A stretch of DNA of 62,951 bases, counting the filler, from Bonamia ostreae (taxonomy: Eukaryota): NCBI GenBank assembly GCA_040357525.1. It is 19 parts of 19 records of this genome, joined end to end, with 100 filler letters (N's around TTAATTAATTAA, not from the genome) between each part and the next. Parts side by side here need not be neighbours in the genome. Positions count along the whole stretch, not along the records: positions 49,971 to 53,145 come from JBDODL010000566.1; positions 53,246 to 56,419 come from JBDODL010000567.1; positions 56,520 to 59,686 come from JBDODL010000568.1; positions 59,787 to 62,951 come from JBDODL010000569.1; 15 more parts are not named here. The stretch is one strand, 5' to 3'. The position numbers and the translations under genes are program-made. Below the pieces are notes generated by a model. The model searched no databases, had not been told where the DNA came from, and saw only the letters and a list, made by a program, of their open reading frames with translations. Every line of letters starts with the position of its first letter. Position 1 is the first letter of the stretch. Below, one piece after another: positions 49,971 through 62,149 of this stretch.

Positions 49971-51344
49971 ACGGGGTAATCTCCGTCTAATCTGAAGTTT
50001 TCTTCGCACTCCAAGTCACATTCGTAGCCTGCGTTCTGATATTCACAGACTTTCAAGCTGCTTTCAATCGAATTATTTACATTTAAAGAATTCTGACAGT
50101 CGTATCCAGCGTTTGTTAAACAAGAGACGGTTGGTTTCCATCCACCTCCTTCTTGACAAACTGGGTATGTGTTGTTTAAATGATATCCGTCTTTGCATTC
50201 TACCTCACATTCAGCTCCCACTTGAGAATCGGCACACTTTGTTGTGTCCAAAGCATTTTCGACATTCGGAGGGTTTGGACATATTTGATCGGAAACGCAT
50301 TCACACATTGGATCCCATTTTCCCGAAGACTGACACACGGGATAGTCTCCGTTTAATAAGAAATTCGATAGACAAGTGATTTCGCATGTGTAGCCCTCAT
50401 TCTTTTTGTTGCACGCATCGATAGAATTTTGCTCTGCGTTTTCTACTTGCGGCCCTTTTGGGCAATCGTACGCTATTTGTATTTAAATAATTGTTGAAAA
50501 CCTCCGACACATTCAACTGCTGGTAGCCAATCACCAGATTTCTGACAGATAACAGCACTAGTGTCATTTAGTTTGTAGTCAGTTTCGCACTCGACAGGGC
50601 AAATATTTCCAACTGTTTTGTTATAACATTTGTCCAAAGACTCTTGCGTCGCTCTTGGGACAGAAGGTGGTTCTTTGCAAACATAAACTAAATATTTTAA
50701 AATAAACGTTCTTCACAAATTTCAGTCGTCAGTTTTTCCAATTGTTTGTCCAAATCTTCGATTTTGTTGCTATATATGACCATGTCTGGGTTCCCAGTTA
50801 TTTCAGTCAATGTTTCTAAGTTCGCGTTATTGAATCCTGCTGCTTGTATAAAATAATTGTCACTTCTCATTTTTTCCGACATTTCGCTTATGTTGTAAGT
50901 GTCGTGATTGGGCATTCCGTCCGTTACTACCAATAGAACAATGGCCAAATCGTTTGGACGAGCCTTTTTATAAATTTCGTGCATGCACCCTCCAATTTTT
51001 GTACCACCAGTATCAGAAGGTTGTTTAATTTTCGAAATCGCGTTATCGACTTCTTCAGTGGAAGAGTAATCGTTGTATTCAAAATAATAGGCATAATTAT
51101 TAGCGAAACCGACAGCTGTGCTTTTTAAAAACGGTTCGCCAGAATATTTTGTGATCTCGTTGTTGTATTCGATTACAAAATTTTTCTCATCTAAAAATCC
51201 GTCTGGATTTCTTTGTGTTATGGACCCAGAGCCATCAATACAATAAGCAATGTTGAATGCGCAATTAGAAACAGGTTTAAAAAAGATGACGATTTGCATT
51301 AGATAGAAAAGGTTAACGATTCTGAAAATTTTCAGAATGATCAT
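49971..51344 (-). CDS. vWA + Sushi-like repeat surface protein, copy C (3' truncated in module 4)
   Basis: FNIAYCIDGSGS, TKIGGCM, RPNDLAIVLLVVTDG; same two intron positions as copies A and B. Confidence 0.85.
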
Positions 51345-51444
51345 TTTTCAAAATGTGAAAATTGCACAAAATTAGGTATAAATTTGTGGTGGAAGTGCAC
51401 CTAAATTTATTGAATTTCAATACATTTTTATTTAATACAATAGC

Positions 51445-53145
51445 TTATTCGTAATCGATGTCCTCAATTTTAATTTCAGGATCTGCATATTGCAGTTCTA
51501 CATTTGTCTCATTCTCGATTTCATCATCTATAAAATAGATCTCTGGTTTGATATCAGCTTTTAGAAAAATCATAGCCAAGATAATAGATATTCCCATTAT
51601 AGCAGCAATAACCAAAGGGATAATAATAAACATGTGATTGTCGACAATTTTAAAGCATTTTGGCAAATCGCTCCATTCAAACGTTTCCCCTGAAAAATTA
51701 CAGATCGAGTTGTTACCTAATTTCAAGTATTCGGGGAGACATTTAATGTCACAACTTTCGCCTACAAATTTTCCTTCGCATTTTTCAGATAAAGAAGCAT
51801 CGCCATTGGTTGGCAAATAATTATTTTTGCAAATACCTTTGCATTGAGAAACTGGGATATAACTGCCGTTTTCTTGGCATACCGGGTTGTCTCCATCCAA
51901 TTTGAAGTTTTCTAAACACTTTACGTTGCAAACATAAGTTTTGTTTCGATTTTTGCATTCTTCAAGGCTGACCCCGATTGCGTTTAGAACGTTTGGTTGC
52001 GAGTGACAATCAGTTTTATCGCAAGTTATTTCCGGCAACCATCCGCCTCCCATTTGGCAAACAGTTTTGTTTTGACTCGGGCGGTAACCGTTTACACAGC
52101 TAATATCACAGACTTTGCCAGCAAAACTGTTTAAGCACCCATTTTTATTATCCATATTATCGATATCAGGCGGTTTCTCGCAAATATCGTCAGAAATGCA
52201 TTTGCCTTCATCATTCCATGTTCCGTCTTTGTTGCAAACCGGAAGTTTGTTTTCATTATTGTAATAAAATTTGTCTGGACATTCAATTTGGCACTCAAAG
52301 TTTTCGTTTTGTTGGTCACATTTTTTAATGGAAGATTCCGTGGCATTTGGTACGTTTGGACCATTTGGGCAATCGTAACCTGTACTATTTATTAAATAAA
52401 CGTCCCACGCATTCCATTGGAGGGTACCAACCAGTGCCCTTTTTGCAAACCAAAGGCAACGTATTGTTGAGGAAATAGTTTGGTGCACACGAGGGAGTAC
52501 ATTCATCTCCGTCATTTTTATTGGCACAAATACTAATTGAATTCGTAATACTCCTCGGAACATTTGGAGGATCCACACAATCGCTCCCTTTTGTATAAAC
52601 ATATTAAAAACAGTTGCAAATAGTTTTAGTCAATATTTCTGATTGCTTTTCCAATTCGGATACATCTTTATTGTGGATTATAGTCTCTATATTGCCAGTA
52701 ATTATTTCCAATGTTTTATAATTGACGTCTCCGAAACCGGCTGTTTGAATAAAAAAACCGTTTTCCCTCATCTTTACCGAAATTTCGTCTATTTCCACCG
52801 TATCTTCCAAAGGATTGCCATCAGTTACAACCAAAAGCACAGTTATTAAATCATTTGGGCGCTTTTTCGAATAAACAAGATCCATACAACCGCCTATTTT
52901 GGTACCTCCGATCAATTCGGTTTCTCTAAGGGATTGTATTGCTTTGTTAATGTCATCGACATTGGTGTAATCCTCGTAATAAAAGATAACATTAATATCT
53001 TTTGCAATTGCAACAGCCATTGTTTTCAAGAACGTGTGTTTTGATATTTTGTTTATTTCGGTATTGTATTTTATCAGAAACAAATTTTCGTTTTGCTGTT
53101 CTTAGTTTGAATTGGTACCGGATTGATCATTGCTAGTCGGTACCT
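51445..53145 (-). CDS. vWA + 5 Sushi-like modules + TM surface protein, copy D (5' truncated, possibly a pseudogene)
   Basis: TKIGGCM, RPNDLITVLLVVTDG, five modules, TM MFIIIPLVIAAIMGISIILAMIFL; in-frame TAA at 53102-53104. Confidence 0.8.
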
Positions 53146-54237
53146 NNNNNNNNNNNNNNNNNNNNNNNNNNNNNNNNNNNNNNNNNNNNTTAATTAATTA
53201 ANNNNNNNNNNNNNNNNNNNNNNNNNNNNNNNNNNNNNNNNNNNNGAATGCAATGACTTGTTTTGTTCTCCATTTTTAGCAATTTGTAATTTATTGAAAT
53301 CCTGTTTTTTCCTTCTAAGCTTGCTATTTATGAATCGACATTATCAGTTTTTTAAGTAACAGATATTCAGTGTTACAAAACTTTCATCTGGACATTCAAA
53401 TCATGGCTCAAGCCAAGTCCAGGTACTAGCAAACCTTTTAGAATGTCACTTATTCAAAATTTGATTGTATTTAGATCTCCTCAAATTATCCCGTTTTTTC
53501 AAAATTAATGAACATGTGTTTAACTAAATAAAAATGGTTTATCATTATGTGACAGGAAAAACTTCTTCGATAACAAATAGATTTTTTAAACTATTAACTG
53601 TAACAATGAATTTATTCGTGTTCAATCTTAAGACTCATTCTTGTCGTTTTCAGAGCCATTTGGGAACATTATATCAAAACTGTTGACCTTCTTGTTTGAT
53701 TGTACTATAACTTTCTGTTTTGCTTTAACTTTCTGTAATTCTTTATTTTCTTTTTCGACTCCTCGTAAAATATCGGCGGCTTCGTTTTTTGAGCACAGAA
53801 AGTCGATTGGTGTTATTTCGTCAATGAATTTAACCCATAAAAACAACGCGATGTTCATTTGTTCGGCCAAGTATGGATTGTCGAGCACTAAAATCAAAAA
53901 AGTTAACATTCTTCGCCGCTGTATTTGTGTGTCAGATAGTAGAGATAGGAAAGTTTATATTCGTTTGGATATTTTTTGTCGGGATCCAATGGTAGCTTTT
54001 TAGGCATGTACTTAATTTCAACAAAATAAAAGTTTAATAATATAAATTATTTGATCAATTTCTGATGAAAATGAATTAGTTTTAATTTGTCATTTCTGCT
54101 GTAACTATTATACAAAGTATTTTTGCGAGTTTGAAACAACAGGTTTAAATGTTGTCCAAACCAGACCCAAAAAGGTGCGAAGATATAAAAAACTAACAAT
54201 TACATAACAAATCGTTTTTTAATTAGTTGAAACAAAT

Positions 54238-54928
54238 TTACTCATTTTTAATAGGCTCCCCGTTCTGTTTCTTGTGTATTTTCATGTGCGCGTTGAGTTG
54301 GAAATGGTTGATGGTAAATTTTTTTCTGCAGATTGGGCAGATGAAATTTACTCGCGTGTGCTTTTTCATGTGTTCCTTTATTTTTCTCAAGTCTTTTACT
54401 GAGATCGATGTTTATTTTCTCAAAAAACCTGGTAGTCTGCCTTCGCAGGAGCAATCGTAAAAAACAGCCGATTTTTTAGTCCAAACGCGNNNNNNNNNNC
54501 ATGGTTTTCCTTCATGTTTTCTTCGAAATAGCCTTTTATCTTTAAAGAATCTCGTACTAGTTCTCTCTTTTTGTTGGAAACCATCCAATTTTTCTCTTCG
54601 TTGGGTAATTTGAGTTCTTCGTCGTCGTCGTCGAAGATAAATGCAGTTTCCGATAACAAATCGCAAAAATTTTTCATCGCTTTAAGCGATTCTTGATTTT
54701 TTCTTCTCAATTCCAACGCTATATTTTTCTGGGCAATCAAAAACGGGTTGTTTTTAACTTAAGATGGAGAATTAAACATTTTTTCAATGGACTGTTTTCG
54801 ATTAATTCTGGATACATATCAGTTGTTAACGCAAATAGATGCGACGGTTGAAAAAAGTCGTCGTTTTTTTCAAAACAAGTTTTAGGTTCAGATTTGCCTT
54901 TAGAGTCCAATAATGATTTTCTGCTCAT
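54238..54928 (-). CDS. C2H2 zinc-finger protein, paralog 1
   Basis: NWMVSNKKR, FYDCSC, EHMKKH, CPICRKKFTINHFQLNAHMKIH. Confidence 0.75.
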
Positions 54929-55101
54929 TTTTGTAATGTCTATCTCGTATAAATAAAACGATTTAAACGCGAAACGACTTTTTAAAAGGAAAAAATTCGT
55001 TTCCTGCAAAATTTATAAAACAGAGTTTGCCAAAGGAGCGAAAAATAAACCCGTTTCTGCAAAATTGAAAAATCAAATTTAAAATAACTTAAAAATATTG
55101 A

Positions 55102-55842
55102 ATGAATAATGTTCCTGAAATTATTAAACCACCGCAAAAAAAGAATTGTAAAATAAATCTTAGTACACCTTCAGTACAACTTTTATCAGAATCCAAATTA
55201 AATTTTGACCCACATTTAAAAAGTAAGGGAAAACTTGAGAAATTTAATCGCAGGAAGAATATTCCATCTTCTTTAATAAATAGTAAACGCAAAACTGCCG
55301 GGTTAGATTTTAAGCAAAACGGATGCAAAATCATTAAGTCAATGAACATTATTTGTGATATTGTAAAGAAAAACAATTTTGACGATTTGAAGCATTCTAA
55401 AGGAGGAAATATAGTTCGCAACGATTCAATATACTTAAAAAGAAATTCAAAAAGTTATTGAATTATTGTTTACAAATTAGGCTCAAATAAAATTATTTGA
55501 CACAAAAGAAAACTGGATGGTATCTGATAAGAAAAGAGCTGTTGTCAGACAATCCTTGCAATTTGTTGGATACTTAAAAAAATGTGATAGCACTTCAATC
55601 TACAAAATTCGTACATGGAAAGGCCGTTCCAACAATATTTTTTATGATTGTAGTTGCAATGGCCGTATTCCCAGTTTCGATATTATCTAAAATTAACAGT
55701 ACAAGATTTGAATAAAATATGTCAACACATGAAATTGCACGAAATAAAGAAATTTAGCTGTTCTATTTGTTCTAAAGAATTTGATTCTAACCATTTCCAA
55801 TTGAACGCGCACATGAAAATCCACAAAAAAACATTTGAATGA
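55102..55842 (+). CDS. C2H2 zinc-finger protein, paralog 2
   Basis: NWMVSDKKR, FYDCSC, QHMKLH, CSICSKEFDSNHFQLNAHMKIH. Confidence 0.75.
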
Positions 55843-56008
55843 TATTTTTGTAAATATTTTAAGGCCAATTTTTATGTTAAGTTGGCCAAAAATTAATTTT
55901 TATAATTTGCAATTTGGCGCTTCATCTAGCGCAGACATTCTTAACACAACCAGTCTTTCCGGTTAAAAAGAAATAAATTGTTTCATTGATAATATAAATT
56001 TATTGTTT

Positions 56009-56300
56009 TTAATATCCGCGTAAGCGTAATCGAAGTTCATTTACTTCGATGTACTCCTTTTCTAAACTGGCTGGCAATTCTACTTTTTTGCTATGATCGC
56101 ATTTGTTTATTTCCTCAATTAGTTTTCGCATGTAGCCGAACATTTTTGTACCAAGAACGAAAGATTTCTCAAAATCTCGTCTTTGAATGGATTCCAACAT
56201 TAACTTTTTTGGCAGCAAAGGGATCTCACCGTTCCACACTTTCGATAGCCACCGAGTTTGTATATCAGAAACCCATGACGGAATTATCTCAAATTTTTTT
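56009..56300 (-). CDS. Flavin-containing monooxygenase-like C-terminal fragment
   Basis: SDIQTRWLSKVWNGEIPLLPKKLM resembles the FMO ExQARW...G...LP...M motif. Confidence 0.55.
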
Positions 56301-56678
56301 AAAAACTCTTTTGAGCATACAGATGAAAGCCACTTGCGGGTGTTCAATTGGAATGATATAATTGAACAAATTTTTGAGTCTCATTTTGTTGTTAGAGTAA
56401 ATGTCGATGTTTTCAAAAANNNNNNNNNNNNNNNNNNNNNNNNNNNNNNNNNNNNNNNNNNNNTTAATTAATTAANNNNNNNNNNNNNNNNNNNNNNNNN
56501 NNNNNNNNNNNNNNNNNNNATATGTCGTTTTAGCATTTTAACCAATTTTAAAACGGATCAATAAACTTTTATCGAATAGAATATCAAATTTATTGATTTT
56601 TAAATTTAGAAAAAAAATTAAATTTAAAAACAGAAAACCTTTAGAACTGTTAAAAATTCAAGCAAAAGATTTCTAAAA

Positions 56679-58392
56679 TCAGATTTTAATTTTGTTAAAT
56701 GACTTTGTCCCAAAATAAGTCGATGTCCCGCTTCCATTGTTACCACTTTCTTTCAAAACCACCTCTGGATTTACAAAAGACATTCCTTGAACTTCTGTCA
56801 TCACTACCGATGTGGCCAATCCACTCGCTTCGCCTTTTTTCAATTTTCGCTGTCTTTTCTTTCGTTCGCGATCGATCATCAATTTGTTCATTCTGTCCAA
56901 TTTTCTCACCTTCGAAGTTTTGTTGCCAACAATTTTCATTAATCCGCCCGTCCCAGACTTTCCGATCATTCCAAAACTTTCGCCTTCGACGTCGTCATTG
57001 TCTTCGCCGATATTGAAACCGACGCGATTTTTCATTCGTTGCAATTCGGTAACTTTGTACTTTTCTCTCATTTTCCGATATCTTTTTCCAGCTCTTTTCG
57101 ACTTTCTCCGTTCGGCGGGAAGTGGCAATGGCTTAACAGGTTGGATTTCAGGAGGTTCTTGCCATTTTTCGACGCGGTTTTGGATTTCTTCTTTGTATTT
57201 ATGGCCTTTTTCGTCTTTTTTATTAAAACCATTTTTGACGTTTTTTAGCTTTTTTTAGCTCTAAAAAAACTTGATCGATCAGTTTGATGGCAATCAAGAC
57301 GGACAGCCAATGAGACTTTTGCAGACAAAAGTCTTAAAGCTTTAGTTTGAAATTCTTCCGGACATTCTAAAATTATATTCGTTTTCATTAGCAACCCCAA
57401 ATGAGGACTTTTATAAAACAGTTCAAATGACCTGTTTTTTTCTTTTTTGACGGAACCTAAAGTCTTTTTAAAATTTAGACAAAATAAAATTTGGTTTGAT
57501 AATTTTCGAAATAAAGCTTGATAATTTTGAAAACTTGTAAATTGCAACTTGGAATTTTCGATAAAGCGTTGAGGCCTCCCGCAATTGTCATCAATTCTGC
57601 TGCAATTTCGGTCCCAACAAGTGCACACAAATTTGGTGACAAATGCAACATTCTACTTTTTATATAATCCAGCAACTTTTTGAGATAATTTTAAAATTTG
57701 TCTTTTTCGAAAAAATCAGTAAAAAGTAAAAAAGCAAAATGTTATAACTTTGTTTCTTGCTTCATCCAGTTTTATAGTGATTTTACAAGATTCTAAAGCT
57801 TTCTTAAGATCACTTTCGGGGAGCGGTTTTCCGGATGTCGCAGAAGCCGAAATCGATGTTGACAACATTTGATGTTCAGTTAGTATTCCGTCTAGTGCCG
57901 TGTTCACTGATTCCTTGTTGTATTTGGGAAAAGTTTAATTTTTTGATATTCGCAATTTTGGGATAAAACGAGATCGTTTTTGATTGATAAGACGACTTTT
58001 GCGTATTGAACAGGATGTAAAACAGTTTGTTCCAATTCCTGGAATCGCGAGGAGTAGATGTTACATGTATATCTATGCGTGACCAAAATCTCTTCTTCGA
58101 TTTTTCTGATCATTCGATTAGACTCGAGAATAATCTGGTATTCTTCGTCGTCTTCGTTTATCGAATTGAAGGAACTAGACGGGTTTTTGTAGAGCAGGGA
58201 ATCGGTTTTTTCTAGTAAAATGGCCAAATTTTTGTTTTCCAGCAATTCTGTTATTTTTTCGTTTTGGATTTCGTCTTCGCTTTCGTCCATATTTATCGTT
58301 TCCACTTTGACTTCTATTTCCGGCTCCAACATTGTTTTCTGCAGTTCTTCTTCCTCAAAATCATCTAGAAAAGCATCCGCTATTGTCGTCAT
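56679..58392 (-). CDS. PRP31: U4/U6 snRNP protein Prp31
   Basis: RFQELEQTV, SATSGKPL, SPNLCALVG, AGGLNALSKIPSCNLQ, KWQEPP, KRAGKRYRKMRE, SGLATSV. Confidence 0.96.
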
Positions 58393-58638
58393 TTTTAAGC
58401 GCTTTTAGGATTTTGTTGCAAATATCTTTATTAGGTTTTTACGTATAATTGGATTTTTGCAATTCAATTTTTGCAATACAATTTCTTGCAAATATTCTTT
58501 GTTGATTAGACACAATTATTAGTTTGGAGCATTAAAACTGCTGTTCTGCAGCTTTAAAAAATTGTTTTCTAGTTTGGATATAATAAAAGTAACTTAAGAA
58601 ATCCGAAAACAATAAGGACACAAATTGCCAATAAATAA

Positions 58639-59686
58639 TTATAATTCTTCTTGCAACTCGCTGTGCTCCCATCTGCACTTTGACTTTTCCGCCTTTGGAA
58701 GCAAGGACACCAACCTGCGCGTTGAGTCGTCCAACTTGATTCGACACAAAATTTTCTTTGTGTTAAAGTCCCACAATAGCAATGAACTCAACGTGTCAGT
58801 GCTCCAGTGTTCAGGAACTTCGAGGAAAATCGTAAACGAATATTGGAATTGAGGCAAATGGAAGCCCGGACAATAGCCATGAACGATCGGCTTCAAAAAA
58901 GCACTGTGTTTCCCTCTTTTTCCGACAAAAAAAGCTGCTTCTAAAAGATGATGACATTGTTCTTCGTTTCCATCGCAATGAAATCGGTTTACTTTTAGAA
59001 TCCGAGAATTGATCGCGTAGACGTTTTCTGTGTGGATGTGGCCTCGGCATTTTTCTTTTTCTCCGAAACGGCCGATACTCACCCGCGCTACGTGGTGATG
59101 ACATTTGGTTTCTTTCAATATTTTAATTTTTGGTAAATTTATTTTAATTTCGATATGGCATTTTGCACTAAACATAATTTTCGCAAAAAATGTTTTGAAA
59201 ATGGTGAGATCTTCATAATTATTTTCATGTTTCAACCTTCGGGATGTTCTAGTTTACTCAAATGATCCCTTTGTTCTCTTGTTGTTTCAATATGACATAA
59301 CGTGTTTTCATAAGTGATATCGTGCAAACTAAGTTTGTACATTGATTCCACGTACCAATCTTCTGGGAACTCCAGATAGATTGAAGCTGGGAAAAATCCC
59401 GGCAACGCAGTGCTTTAACAAAAAATTATTTTGCAAAATCTCGTAATCAAAAGATTATGAACCCGGTGCATTCGTCGAAATGGACCGTGTTGAGACGGAT
59501 GTCTCTAGTGCCCATATGCGCGATGAAATAAGAACCTTTTAAGTTTAGTCAAAGTTACTTTGCAATTCTTGGAGACAATTGATAGTGGCGTCGTTGCAAT
59601 GAAAATTTTCAATGTGCAATGTGCGACTGTTTATTGCTGTAATGTCGTCTGTCGAAATACCATCTCGACTTGGATGATCTCCACCA
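58639..59686 (-). CDS. Unknown protein with two similar internal segments (5' truncated)
   Basis: IYLEFPEDW and IFLEVPEHW segments; His/Cys-rich. Confidence 0.4.
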
Positions 59687-60025
59687 NNNNNNNNNNNNNN
59701 NNNNNNNNNNNNNNNNNNNNNNNNNNNNNNTTAATTAATTAANNNNNNNNNNNNNNNNNNNNNNNNNNNNNNNNNNNNNNNNNNNNGAATGAAGAACAAC
59801 GTGACAAAACGATTATAAAACGACCTATGAAAGTTATTGCTCTAATTAAAAACTAAAATTACATTAAAAACTAAAATTACATTAAAAAGTTCAGATGACA
59901 ATTAGAACATAAAATATAAACAAAAATTGAGATGATACTTGTTATATGTAAATAGATCCACATATGCAAGTTATGCATCGCTGGTTTAGAGTTTTTAACT
60001 CGGTTGCCATTAATAACTTGTTATA

Positions 60026-60412
60026 ATGCTAATAAGCCTTTTCAACGATTGGGTTAATGCCGCGTTATCAACGCTGGAGGATCTTTTGAGAACAAATTTG
60101 TACAGCAAAATTGGAAAAAGGCGAAATTCAGAATTGAGGGAAAAATCAGAATTGCGGATGTTGAGAAGGAAATTCCGCCAAATTGAGAGAAAGTGCCTCG
60201 AACCAACAACTTTTGATTACAAAGCAGATCTGCAAACAGTTTCGGATATCCTCTTCAGACTTAAAGGGGAGGACCATCTAAAATTGGCGAGATTTTTCCT
60301 CAGGGACATTAAAGGAAGCGAGCAAATGTGCATGCGACGAATGCAGGCTCGTTTACGAGATAGCCTTTTCCGGTACTACCACCAAAAGATGAGTTACGAA
60401 AAGTTTAAATAA
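60026..60412 (+). CDS. Hypothetical protein
   Basis: 128-aa ATG ORF with coding-like composition. Confidence 0.4.
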   Translation: MLISLFNDWVNAALSTLEDLLRTNLYSKIGKRRNSELREKSELRMLRRKFRQIERKCLEPTTFDYKADLQTVSDILFRLKGEDHLKLARFFLRDIKGSEQMCMRRMQARLRDSLFRYYHQKMSYEKFK

Positions 60413-60496
60413 CTACCATTTGTCTAATTCGCGAAAACCAAAATATACCAATACTCGATAAGCTAACATTAAAAATTAGATTAATAGCTTAAACCT

Positions 60497-60908
60497 ATGC
60501 CGGCTAAAAGAATGCAGAAAAAGAGGAACAAAAAGTTCATCCGACACCAATCGGACCGCTTTTTGCGCGTGAAGCCGTCTTGGAGAAAGCCCAGAGGCAT
60601 CGACTCGCGCGTCAGAAAGAAGCACCGCGATTACATCCGCATGCCAAATGTCGGCTACGGAAACAACAAGAAGGGAAAGCACGTTTTGCCAAACGGATAC
60701 AAAAAGTTCCTCGTGAGAAACGAAGCGGTAAAACTGACTTTAAGTTTAGGACTTGGACGCGATGCTGATGCACAAAAATGATTACTGCGCGGAAATCGCC
60801 CACAACTTGTCTTCAAAGAAGAGAAAGGTAATCCTCGTAAAGGCAGAGGAAATGGAGATCAAAGTAACTAATCCCAATGCCAGAGTTGTGACCGAGGAAG
60901 TCGAATAA
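60497..60908 (+). CDS. RPL32: 60S ribosomal protein L32 (eL32)
   Basis: [10 protein letters not shown]...[13 protein letters not shown]; the 22-nt intron 60728-60749 restores DLDAMLMH...CAEIAH. Confidence 0.97.
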
Positions 60909-62149
60909 ATAAAAAATATTATTTGGTGATTCGCTGGAAACCCGCAATCCGCGTCAATTAACCAGTTCTAATATAATTGACCAGTCCGAAGCTTAAGTAA
61001 GGCTTTGTGTTGATCGTTTCTCACAATGTCTTTTTTAAAAGTTTACATCGCGTCGGCTATCGTTCGCCAGTTATTAATGTCTGTGTTGTTTATTATTGGT
61101 CTCAGTCGTTATTTATTTGCCAATCGTCCAATAGTCGCTGGGGCTTTTATTAGATGGATTTCTTCCCCCAAGTCATCTATCTCCGGTTCTCTGATTTTCT
61201 TCGTTCATTTTCTTCGTTTTAGTCATTCTATCTTTGGTTTCGCTTTAATTTCCGTTCAGGGCAAAAATTGTTACAAAATTTTTCATTACGCGAAACATAA
61301 TTTTTACGATCGGAGAACAGTCTAGAACCACAGCTTCTGGATCGTTATTTCAGCGGATCTAGACGGCTTTTTCGAAATAGTCATTGTAACTTGAAATTGC
61401 TTTAGCAGCGTTCTGTTTTCGTTTTGAAATTTGAGAATCTCGTCTTTCTACGATTCGGCATTCGCTGTATGGCCGTGTAAGTCTTTTCTATTGTTGAATA
61501 TTTTGTTAATTTGTTCTCGAAGGCTTGGTCGATTGCCAGCTCGAAGTGCCCGTCTTATTTTTTGCCAGGACGTATTTGCATTGTTTGTGAGAACATGAGA
61601 TTTTTATTGTTCTGATCGTAGAGAATTTGGATGAGTTTTCCAAAGTTGTTTTTATATTAGAGCATTCATGAAGGCCAAACGTTGGGTCAACCAGTAGGAG
61701 TATGAGCGTTTTCTCCCTGAAACTGCCATTCAGAAAGGAAGTTAAAAAATCATTTTATTGTGTTTTTATTGTAAATATTGCAAAAAATGTCGTTTTCAAG
61801 TTTATTAAATAGTTTTTGGCAAAGTTTTTCCAAAAATTGCATATCCTCGAACAAAAACATTTTTTCTGTAAGATCAAAAACAATAATTTGCAATTAGATA
61901 AAAAACAATTATTATTTGCAATTTTTCAATTAAAATATTTCTTCAATATAATAATTTTTACGGTTCGATATAATAATTTTTGCAATTTGAAAATAACTAT
62001 TAATTTTGATCAAATGTTGAAGGTCAAATAACTATCAAATAAATATTAATTTGAAGGTCAGATTTATTGAAGGTTTTATTTTATGTTAAATATTAAATTT
62101 AAAATGTTTTCACTCGTTTCGTTATAGCCAGATTTAGTAAATAGTTAAA

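Noticed and set aside
3295-59786. Regularly spaced TTAATTAATTAA motif as a biological repeat or array
   Set aside because: It is an artificial linker between contigs; gene adjacency across linkers has no biological meaning
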